A stretch of 52,610 nucleotides of DNA from IMG/VR virus record IMGVR_UViG_3300017767_000016, positions 1-52,610 of that record. One strand, written 5' to 3'. Numbering within the stretch: position 1 is the first letter of the stretch; each line of letters opens with the position of its first letter. Positions 1 through 7,261 of this stretch are shown piece by piece. Position numbers and translations under genes: made by a program. The stretch comes from a virus (lineage: Duplodnaviria; Caudoviricetes). The notes below the pieces were generated by a model. The model searched no databases. It was not told the origin of the DNA and was given only the letters and a program-made list of their open reading frames with translations.

Positions 1-90
1 TATTTACAAAAGCTACGTGAAACTATGACAGAAGAACTTCAGCAAGCACTTCTAAATAATATTGAAGTCAATGAAGAGGAGACCATATAA
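1..90 (+). CDS. 3' end of an upstream gene (partial, hypothetical)
   Basis: Frame 1 is open from the window edge (YLQKLRETMTEELQQALL...) to TAA at 88-90 and overlaps the next start. Confidence 0.6.
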   Translation, partial: YLQKLRETMTEELQQALLNNIEVNEEETI

Positions 91-526
91 GAGACGAAAG
101 CGCGGACCGGTACAAGCAAAGAGGATATCATATGATGGTATCAACTTTGCTTCCGGTTTAGAGCGCTATATGTATATGGCTTTGAAAAAAGCAAATATCA
201 AAGCTAAGTACGAGGGCGAAACGTTTGTGTTGCTGAATGGATTTCACTTCCCAAACAAATGCTATGCACGTCAAGCTAATGGTAAAGGTGATTTTAAAGA
301 TCGAGGCAGCAAGCGCATACTTCCTATAAAATATACACCCGACTTCATTGGTGATGACTTTATTATAGAAACAAAAGGTAGAGCTAACGAATCTTTTCCA
401 ATGCGTTGGAAATTATTTAAAAAGCTAGTAACTGAACAGTTCCCGCAGTACACATTATATAAACCACAAAATCAAGCAGAATGCGACAGAACAATAGAGC
501 TAATCCGCAACTCGCAAAAAAAGTAG
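71..526 (+). CDS. T7 endonuclease I-like Holliday junction resolvase (PD-(D/E)xK nuclease)
   Basis: Motifs FASGLE, KYTPDF and IIETKG; ATG at 71 preferred over the TTG at 62. Confidence 0.8.
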   Translation: MKRRPYKRRKRGPVQAKRISYDGINFASGLERYMYMALKKANIKAKYEGETFVLLNGFHFPNKCYARQANGKGDFKDRGSKRILPIKYTPDFIGDDFIIETKGRANESFPMRWKLFKKLVTEQFPQYTLYKPQNQAECDRTIELIRNSQKK

Positions 527-654
527 CGAGACAGAAATACAAGGAGCGGCAGATCGATAAGTTTGTTAAATGGGCTGCTGAGCAAAAAGGATATATAAAG
601 TATAAAGAGATAGTTCAACTGCATGAGCAGTACAATATAAAAGTGTATGGCTAA
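481..654 (+). CDS. small hypothetical protein (57 aa, not in ORF track)
   Basis: ATG481-TAA654, MRQNNRANPQLAKKVARQKYKERQIDKFVKW...; fills the gap and overlaps both neighbours; the true start may be further downstream. Confidence 0.5.
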   Translation: MRQNNRANPQLAKKVARQKYKERQIDKFVKWAAEQKGYIKYKEIVQLHEQYNIKVYG

Positions 655-781
655 AGTAAATTTATTCGCTTTTAAAGAAAAAGCAAAGGTGCGTAGACCA
701 GGTGTCCACGCAAAAACAAAAACCAGTAACAATAAACAAAGTAAAAATTATGTCAAAAAATACAAAGGGCAAGGCCGCTAA
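647..781 (+). CDS. small basic hypothetical protein (44 aa, not in ORF track)
   Basis: MAKVNLFAFKEKAKVRRPGVHAKTKTSNNKQSKNYVKKYKGQGR; start overlaps the previous stop. Confidence 0.6.
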   Translation: MAKVNLFAFKEKAKVRRPGVHAKTKTSNNKQSKNYVKKYKGQGR

Positions 782-911
782 AGATTGGTCGTTAAGTTTT
801 GGAACATATCCAGGTATATTATTTGGTATACGTACATACCACGGTGATACACATTCTCAAACTGTATTTTACTTACCGTTTATTGATGTTGCTTACGAAG
901 TTGAAAAATAA
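750..911 (+). CDS. small hypothetical protein (53 aa)
   Basis: ATG at 750 after AAAAATT; its TAA overlaps the nrdB ATG (TAATG). Confidence 0.6.
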   Translation: MSKNTKGKAAKDWSLSFGTYPGILFGIRTYHGDTHSQTVFYLPFIDVAYEVEK

Positions 912-1870
912 TGGGATTGTTTGATGAGCGCATAGCGTACAAACCATTTGAATACCCCGACTATTATACAGAAGGGTGGCTTAAGCAAGCTCAGGCGTTT
1001 TGGTTACACACTGAAATACCTATGCAAAGCGACATTAAAGATTGGAAAGAAAAATTAAATGACAAAGAGAAGAACTTGGTCGGAAACATATTACTCGGTT
1101 TCGCCCAAACAGAGTGTGCGGTATCAGACTACTGGACACAGAAGGTTGTCTCATGGTTTCCTAAACATGAGATACAGCAGATGGCAATGATGTTTGGTTC
1201 GCAAGAAACAATACACGCTGTTGCTTATAGTTATTTAAATGAAACGCTAGGTCTTGAAGATTATGAAGCTTTTTTACATGAGCCAGCAACTGCTGGAAGG
1301 TTTGACAATTTGGTTAGTTATAGCGGCACCGATCCTATTGGTATTGGCAAGTCTCTTGCTGTCTTTAGCGCTTTTGCTGAAGGGGTTAGTTTATATTCTG
1401 CATTTGCTGTTCTCTATAGTTTTCAGTTAAGAAACTTACTGAAAGGTATTGGTCAACAAATGAAATGGAGCGTGCGTGATGAGTCACTGCACAGCAAAAT
1501 GGGTTGTAAACTGTTCCGTGATATGTGTAAAGAAACACCTGGTTTATTAATAGAATGTCATCCAGATATAGTTGAAGCTGCCAAAACAATGGTAGATTTA
1601 GAAGAAAAGTATATTGACAAAATGTTTGAAATGGGTGATATTGAAAACCTAAAAGCATATGATCTTAAACAATTTATTAGAAAAAGAGCAAATGAAAAAT
1701 TACAAGAGCTTGGATATTCAGCCTTCTTCGATGTCAATACTGAAGCGGCTGATAACCTTGATTGGTTTTATCATCTTACCGGGGGTCATACTCACACAGA
1801 TTTCTTTGCTATTCGGCCAACTGATTATTCAAAGGCTAACGAAGGTGAGGACTTCGAAGATATTTGGTAA
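911..1870 (+). CDS. nrdB: ribonucleotide reductase class I beta subunit (class Id-like ligand set)
   Basis: KPFEYP, FW..E, QTE68, E99-T-I-H102...Y106, EGVSLYSAF, RDESLH, C-terminal DFFA.R..DYSK. Confidence 0.96.
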   Translation: MGLFDERIAYKPFEYPDYYTEGWLKQAQAFWLHTEIPMQSDIKDWKEKLNDKEKNLVGNILLGFAQTECAVSDYWTQKVVSWFPKHEIQQMAMMFGSQETIHAVAYSYLNETLGLEDYEAFLHEPATAGRFDNLVSYSGTDPIGIGKSLAVFSAFAEGVSLYSAFAVLYSFQLRNLLKGIGQQMKWSVRDESLHSKMGCKLFRDMCKETPGLLIECHPDIVEAAKTMVDLEEKYIDKMFEMGDIENLKAYDLKQFIRKRANEKLQELGYSAFFDVNTEAADNLDWFYHLTGGHTHTDFFAIRPTDYSKANEGEDFEDIW

Positions 1871-1914
1871 TTTAATGTCAGAAGATGAAATGTGGGACGA
1901 TTTAAGAGAAAGAA

Positions 1915-2145
1915 ATGAAAGAAAGTAAATTAATTGAAATGCAAAAACAGATTCAAGCACTTATAAGAGTGGTTGACTATATGCGCCAAGAACTGGAGCA
2001 AGTAAAAACAATGTCTGTTGGAACTTTCCAAACAATAAAAGAAATGCCTGATTATGAAGAAGCAATCGAAAAGCTTAAAGAGAAAGCTGTTGGAGAGCAT
2101 GGTGAAAGAGCGTCGTTTGACGCCGACGGAAAGATTAGCGAATAG
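1915..2145 (+). CDS. hypothetical coiled-coil protein
   Basis: 76-aa ORF in the operon between nrdB and nrdA. Confidence 0.65.
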   Translation: MKESKLIEMQKQIQALIRVVDYMRQELEQVKTMSVGTFQTIKEMPDYEEAIEKLKEKAVGEHGERASFDADGKISE

Positions 2146-2332
2146 GCTAGGATATATGGGGACCGGGTTTTTTGTAACTGCTCCCCATATGTTACCTGAT
2201 ACACCTGGCGTTGTAATATATTTTTTAGCAGGTTTATTTTGCACACCCCAAGTGTGGGTAGCAAAACAATGGAACTTAGTAATAGTAAACTTAAATGTAA
2301 TGATGGCGTACGCGCTACTATTTTTTAAATGA
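2099..2332 (+). CDS. small membrane protein (about 3 TM)
   Basis: Three hydrophobic segments; stop overlaps the nrdA start (ATGA); ATG2099 is more plausible than 2054. Confidence 0.65.
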   Translation: MVKERRLTPTERLANRLGYMGTGFFVTAPHMLPDTPGVVIYFLAGLFCTPQVWVAKQWNLVIVNLNVMMAYALLFFK

Positions 2333-4098
2333 TGTGGAATAATGAATGGAAAAAAGGTGTCGACTACCCATCTTGGGGAGACACGGAAGTATACAAGAAG
2401 ACTATATCCGGGGGATATCTACATATGGGAGAGTCCCCAAGAGACGCATACAAAAGAGTCGCAACAACAGTCGCGAAACGATTGTACAAACCAGAACTAG
2501 CAGATACATTTTTTGATTACATCTGGAAAGGTTGGTTATGTTTAGCGTCTCCGGTTTTATCTAATACAGGTACCGATCGTGGTTTGCCTATATCGTGCTT
2601 CGGTATAGATGTGGGTGATAGTATACACGACATTGGTACTAAAAATTTAGAAATGATGATGCTTGCCAAACACGGTGGGGGTGTTGGTATCGGAGTTAAT
2701 ATGATTCGTCCCGCCGGAGCTAAAATCACAGGAAATGGAACATCAGATGGAGTCGTACCCTTCTGCAAAATCTACGATAGCACAATTCTTGCAACCAATC
2801 AAGGATCAGTTAGACGCGGAGCTGCAAGCGTTAATATCAACATTGACCACGGAGATTTTGAAGAGTGGCTTGAAATACGAGAGCCTAAAGGAGATGTCAA
2901 CAGACAATCGCTTAACTTACATCAGTGCGCAGTGGTTGGCGATAAGTTTATGCGAAAGCTTGAACGAGGAGATGCAGAGGCTAGATCTAAGTGGAGTAAA
3001 CTTCTTAGAAAAAGGAAAAGCACCGGAGAACCGTATATCCTTTTTAAAGGAAACACTAATAAAACAAATCCAGCAGCGTACAAAGACAACGCTTTAAAAG
3101 TTCATATGACTAACATCTGCAGCGAAATAGTATTGCATACAGATGAGTCACATAGCTTTGTTTGTTGTTTAAGTAGTTTAAATGTTACTAAGTATGAAGA
3201 ATGGAAGAATACAAACCTCATCTACGATGCTATCTGGTTTCTTGATGGAGTCTTGGAAGAGTTTATTCAGAAAGCTAAGGGGCTTACAGGCTTTGGAAAC
3301 TCTGTTAGATCTGCTGAGAAGGGCAGAGCACTTGGCTTGGGAGTCTTGGGTTGGCATACGTACCTGCAACAAAACGGTGTACCCTTTGAAGGATTACAAG
3401 CACAGTTCCAGACAAGACGTATATTTAGCCAAATTAAGATTGAATCTGAACGAGCATCAAGAGCGCTTGCTGAGATTTATGGTGAACCTCTTTGGTGTCG
3501 TGGCACTGGCTTTCGTAACACTCATCTTAGGGCTGTTGCTCCTACTGTGTCTAATAGTAAGCTTGCCGGTAATGTTAGTCCTGGTATTGAGCCTTGGGCC
3601 GCTAATGTTTTCACTGAACAAAGCGCGAAGGGTACGTTCATTAGGAAAAACAAAGAGCTAGAAAAAGTACTTCGTAAAGTTGGTATCAACGTTAAAGAAA
3701 CGTGGGACAAGATTATGGCCGATGGCGGAAGTATACAAGATATTGAAGAGTTAGATAACTGGGGATATGTTAATGGTAAGCTTACGCTTATTGAGGACTC
3801 AAAATCGTACGATCTAACAGGCTTTGATAAAGTTAAAGATGTATTTAAAACCTTTAAAGAAATAAATCAATTAGAGCTAGTTAATCAAGCCGGCATACGT
3901 CAGCAATATATTGACCAATCTGTCAGTTTGAATTTAGCTTTTCCTTCTGAAGCGTCGCCTAAGTGGATTAATCAAGTTCACATGGACGCCTGGAAAAAAG
4001 GTATTAAAACATTATATTACATGAGGACAGAGTCTGTGCTGAGAGGCGATATAGCCGCGAGTGCTATGGACCCAGACTGTGTTGCTTGTGATGGGTAA
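2329..4098 (+). CDS. nrdA: ribonucleotide reductase class I alpha subunit, no ATP cone
   Basis: ASPVLSN, PISCF, GGGVG, RRGA, TNICSEI, APT, KTLYY and C-terminal CVAC. Confidence 0.97.
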   Translation: MMWNNEWKKGVDYPSWGDTEVYKKTISGGYLHMGESPRDAYKRVATTVAKRLYKPELADTFFDYIWKGWLCLASPVLSNTGTDRGLPISCFGIDVGDSIHDIGTKNLEMMMLAKHGGGVGIGVNMIRPAGAKITGNGTSDGVVPFCKIYDSTILATNQGSVRRGAASVNINIDHGDFEEWLEIREPKGDVNRQSLNLHQCAVVGDKFMRKLERGDAEARSKWSKLLRKRKSTGEPYILFKGNTNKTNPAAYKDNALKVHMTNICSEIVLHTDESHSFVCCLSSLNVTKYEEWKNTNLIYDAIWFLDGVLEEFIQKAKGLTGFGNSVRSAEKGRALGLGVLGWHTYLQQNGVPFEGLQAQFQTRRIFSQIKIESERASRALAEIYGEPLWCRGTGFRNTHLRAVAPTVSNSKLAGNVSPGIEPWAANVFTEQSAKGTFIRKNKELEKVLRKVGINVKETWDKIMADGGSIQDIEELDNWGYVNGKLTLIEDSKSYDLTGFDKVKDVFKTFKEINQLELVNQAGIRQQYIDQSVSLNLAFPSEASPKWINQVHMDAWKKGIKTLYYMRTESVLRGDIAASAMDPDCVACDG

Positions 4099-4138
4099 TA
4101 AAAAAAGGGGTTACTTTCGTAGCCCCTTAATTTTTTTT
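4099..4138. terminator. bidirectional intrinsic terminator between the convergent blocks
   Basis: Stem AAGGGGTTAC-TTTC-GTAGCCCCTT (4105-4128) with an A-run on the left and a T-run on the right. Confidence 0.85.
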
Positions 4139-4149
4139 GCTATACACAA

Positions 4150-4506
4150 TTATTTTTTTACTTCAAACTTAAAGTTTTTACCTGATACAGCAAGCTTATC
4201 AATTACTTCAGTTTGTGTATCACGAAGCAGCTTTTCAAGTTTATCTTTTTCAATAACCATTCCAGCTACTTTATCTTCTAGCGCTTCGTTTTTTGCTTTT
4301 AATGATTCTAACTCTTCAGGATTCTTACCTATAAAAGTATATATTACCACCGACAAACTACCGACTAGCATACCGACAATAACTTTAAATATATCATTAT
4401 TAGTTTCAGGTATTTCTTTAAATGCTAAAAATAGTAATAAACTCATTACCATTGCGAACACTGTAGCGGAGCCTATATAACCGCGCATTTCTTTATTTCT
4501 AAACAT
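4150..4506 (-). CDS. 2-TM membrane protein with C-terminal coiled coil (holin-like?)
   Basis: Two hydrophobic helices followed by a charged heptad-like tail; last gene of the late operon. Confidence 0.7.
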   Translation of the reverse strand: MFRNKEMRGYIGSATVFAMVMSLLLFLAFKEIPETNNDIFKVIVGMLVGSLSVVIYTFIGKNPEELESLKAKNEALEDKVAGMVIEKDKLEKLLRDTQTEVIDKLAVSGKNFKFEVKK

Positions 4507-4508
4507 AT

Positions 4509-4919
4509 CTAAAAATTACTTGCTAAATTAATTTCATTTATTGTTTCTTGTATTTCAGCCAACCCAACAGGAAGCGTAAGGTCAAGACCGGCTTTAAATA
4601 TTTTTTCCATACTACCAGACTTAAAAATAAGCACAGTAGGTACCATTCGAACCCTATACTTTTTTTTAGCTTGTGGCGCTGTAGATATATCAACTCTATA
4701 ATATGATGCATTTTCTATTTTGTCCCATTCATTAAAACAATTTGCTTCATTAAATTTAGCCCAGAATTCAACAACTATTGTGCCATTGTTATCATCGCCA
4801 AAAGCATTATCATTACTTATTATTTGGTCAAAGTTACTATCATCAATCCAGTATTTTTCTGGCACTTCGGATTGCGCGTGCGCTAAAGCGCTTATAAGTA
4901 GTAGTATTAAAGTTCTCAT
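4509..4919 (-). CDS. secreted thioredoxin-fold protein lacking CxxC
   Basis: Signal peptide MRTLILLLISALAHA; IVVEFWAKFN in place of VDFWAxWCxxC; YRVD; cis-Pro motif MVPTVLIFKSG. Confidence 0.75.
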   Translation of the reverse strand: MRTLILLLISALAHAQSEVPEKYWIDDSNFDQIISNDNAFGDDNNGTIVVEFWAKFNEANCFNEWDKIENASYYRVDISTAPQAKKKYRVRMVPTVLIFKSGSMEKIFKAGLDLTLPVGLAEIQETINEINLASNF

Positions 4920-5200
4920 TGATTTTTTCTTATTTCGTATAAACGCCCATCTATTTTTTCCAGTTCCTCAAGTATCTTATCAACATCTTCTTGCGTGTCC
5001 ATTATTGTTTGGCGCACAAGCTCATCTTTCAAATCATACTCGGTTCTTGAAATTACTGGCTCAGGTAGTTCCTTAGCAAGCGCTATATCAGATTTTAAAG
5101 TAAAATACATAGTAGCCAAAGAAATTGCGCCGCCTATAATTATACCTATCGTCTTTAAATCAAGAGTTATTTTTGTGCCTTCTCCTATCTGTGTAGCCAT
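4916..5200 (-). CDS. single-TM protein with C-terminal coiled coil
   Basis: TM segment IGIIIGGAISLATMYFTL followed by a helical tail; coupled to both neighbours. Confidence 0.7.
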   Translation of the reverse strand: MATQIGEGTKITLDLKTIGIIIGGAISLATMYFTLKSDIALAKELPEPVISRTEYDLKDELVRQTIMDTQEDVDKILEELEKIDGRLYEIRKNQ

Positions 5201-6393
5201 TACCTAAATGTTATATTGATTCCAAAATTAGAGTTAAATATTTCTGAGTCCCAAAATTTAGTATACTCACTTTCTACAAATATACCTATTGATTTAGTTA
5301 CTTTCCAACCGAACATTAAACCAGCTTGATAGTCGTCCCATTGTTCGCCGCTTATTAAATTATTGTGACCACCTTTACCCCAGCTATTCCGATGCAAATA
5401 ACTAAAATCCTCGTTGCCTTCTACATAACTGTGGTTAGGCATAATCCAGTTACCGTAAGCGTGTAACCAAAAGTTATTTTTATAATGATAAAAATCAAAT
5501 CCAACAATCGGAGCAATCTCAGCAAATGAGTCTAGCTCAGCCCATGCTTCCTGGTTAAACCTATTCATTAGGCTACCAAATATACGGTCTCTAAAATCTT
5601 CATCTGTATACGCAACTATATTCCCTCTATCGTTTGTCCATAAATAATTATATATTTGTGATGTGCTACCGTCGGGATTATAAACTTCTGAAGAATAGAA
5701 CGCATCTTGAAACCCATATTCATATCCTAAAGAATACCAAGGATTAGCAGGTATTTCTTGACCTGAGTATTCGTCTATCATTGTTTCATTAAGCCATATT
5801 TCAATAGGATTATAGCCATACGCTTTTTGGTGCGTGCGGTATATAATACCCGCAGATATACTAAGCTTATTACCTATAGGTAGTCTGGCTCTTACTTCAC
5901 CAGACATATATTCAAATCCAACATTTCCAGATTCTCTAGATTCAAACTTGCCTATATGATATTTACCTGTATGCCTTACAAATAAACGTCTATTATCAAA
6001 TTCGTTGCCGTCTATTCTTTGTTTTTCCCAGTGCAATAAATATTCTAAACCTTTTACCGCAGCTGTAGGCGCAGATAACCCTACGTTGTTTTCTGTACCG
6101 TTGTAAAAATTTGGTCTACTTTCATAGCCAAATCTTGCTAACTTACGAAGCCCAACACCAATACGATAATTATTCGGATGATACGTAGTTTGATCTACAA
6201 CACGAGGTATACCATATAAATCGTTAGGGTCTGTTCTAACAAAATACTTTGTTTGTTCTAATTTAGCATTACCTATATTACCCGCAGCATACACGGTGCC
6301 ATATTTTAAAAAGTCATCGTACAAGCCTTTAAGGAATTGCGATTGCACGTTAAAAGAAAATAGCACTGCTATCAGCAGAATTAATTTTTTCAT
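5200..6393 (-). CDS. signal-peptide protein, probable outer-membrane beta-barrel
   Basis: Bacteroidota-type signal MKKLILLIAVLFSFNVQSQ; aromatic-rich alternating strands; C-terminal NFGINITFR resembling a beta-signal. Confidence 0.6.
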   Translation of the reverse strand: MKKLILLIAVLFSFNVQSQFLKGLYDDFLKYGTVYAAGNIGNAKLEQTKYFVRTDPNDLYGIPRVVDQTTYHPNNYRIGVGLRKLARFGYESRPNFYNGTENNVGLSAPTAAVKGLEYLLHWEKQRIDGNEFDNRRLFVRHTGKYHIGKFESRESGNVGFEYMSGEVRARLPIGNKLSISAGIIYRTHQKAYGYNPIEIWLNETMIDEYSGQEIPANPWYSLGYEYGFQDAFYSSEVYNPDGSTSQIYNYLWTNDRGNIVAYTDEDFRDRIFGSLMNRFNQEAWAELDSFAEIAPIVGFDFYHYKNNFWLHAYGNWIMPNHSYVEGNEDFSYLHRNSWGKGGHNNLISGEQWDDYQAGLMFGWKVTKSIGIFVESEYTKFWDSEIFNSNFGINITFR

Positions 6394-6848
6394 ATCACCT
6401 CGTATTTTGTTTTGTTGTTAGAATCTCTGTAAGCTTTTAAGCATCTGTTTCTATTAGAGTCAGAACATACATAACTAACATGTAACCAATCAGGGTTGTT
6501 ATCTGTTCCAAACTCCCATATGAGTTGATCAAAATCAAGATTGTTTTTTATGTAATTATACATTTCCGCGTTTGTTTTATGACCATATGTGTCATCAATA
6601 TCAATTGCACGGCCTTCACAATGTTGTGATTTTGAACTACCTCCGATTGCTTTATTAAGCTCAACCGAACGAAAAAATGAATTAATTTTTATTGGACCAC
6701 CCACCCATTTACGTAGTGGCTCAAATATATTTTCCGCAACAACTTGCATATTAGTCTTTTCATACTCGTTAGGTATGTTGTTTATACCTTTTCTTTTAGC
6801 TGTGTATGAAAGCGTAGCTTCTTTGTAACTAATGTGATCGCTTATCAT
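6390..6848 (-). CDS. endolysin, peptidase M15 family (D-Ala-D-Ala/L-Ala-D-Glu Zn peptidase fold)
   Basis: INSFFRS..LN..IGG...SQH..G.AIDI...FDQLIWEF...WLHVSY. Confidence 0.9.
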   Translation of the reverse strand: MISDHISYKEATLSYTAKRKGINNIPNEYEKTNMQVVAENIFEPLRKWVGGPIKINSFFRSVELNKAIGGSSKSQHCEGRAIDIDDTYGHKTNAEMYNYIKNNLDFDQLIWEFGTDNNPDWLHVSYVCSDSNRNRCLKAYRDSNNKTKYEVI

Positions 6849-7120
6849 TTTCTTCTCTTTACAGATTTAACGCGACGAGGCTTACCCGCTGGCTGGCCTA
6901 GCCTTTTCTTTTCAGCTATTTTTTTACTTTTTTCAGAAGAAGACATTTCAGATGCTGTTTTTGGCGTTGCGCTAGATACGCGTTTTTTAGGGCGACAATA
7001 TGGCACACCTCTCTTTTCACCTTTTCTTCTGCCACATGGTTTGCCTGTTCGAACGTCAACCCATTCTTCTTTGAACCATCTACGCAGAGCAGCACCTTTT
7101 TTAGTTTTTCTTACTGCCAT
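6845..7120 (-). CDS. small basic protein
   Basis: LRRWFKEEWVDVRTGKPCGR...YCRP; K/R-rich. Confidence 0.8.
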   Translation of the reverse strand: MAVRKTKKGAALRRWFKEEWVDVRTGKPCGRRKGEKRGVPYCRPKKRVSSATPKTASEMSSSEKSKKIAEKKRLGQPAGKPRRVKSVKRRK

Positions 7121-7257
7121 TATTTATTTTTGCTTTTGTTGCCCCAATTGGCAGCGCCAACTTTACGGCACTTGCTTAATGCTCCACTTGCATACGCAGA
7201 AGGGAATACTTTATATCTTGCTTTTACTTTATGGTAGCATGCGTCTTTTTTTCCCAT
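7120..7257 (-). CDS. small basic protein (45 aa, not in ORF track)
   Basis: MGKKDACYHKVKARYKVFPSAYASGALSKCRKVGAANWGNKSKNK; TAATG coupling to the next gene. Confidence 0.8.
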   Translation of the reverse strand: MGKKDACYHKVKARYKVFPSAYASGALSKCRKVGAANWGNKSKNK

Positions 7258-7261
7258 AATA

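Noticed and set aside
1875-1928. 17-aa micro-ORF MSEDEMWDDLRERNERK after nrdB
   Set aside because: It fills the gap but is too short to support without conservation data
911-4098. Intron or intein in nrdB or nrdA
   Set aside because: Both ORFs are continuous and compact, with all motifs in order
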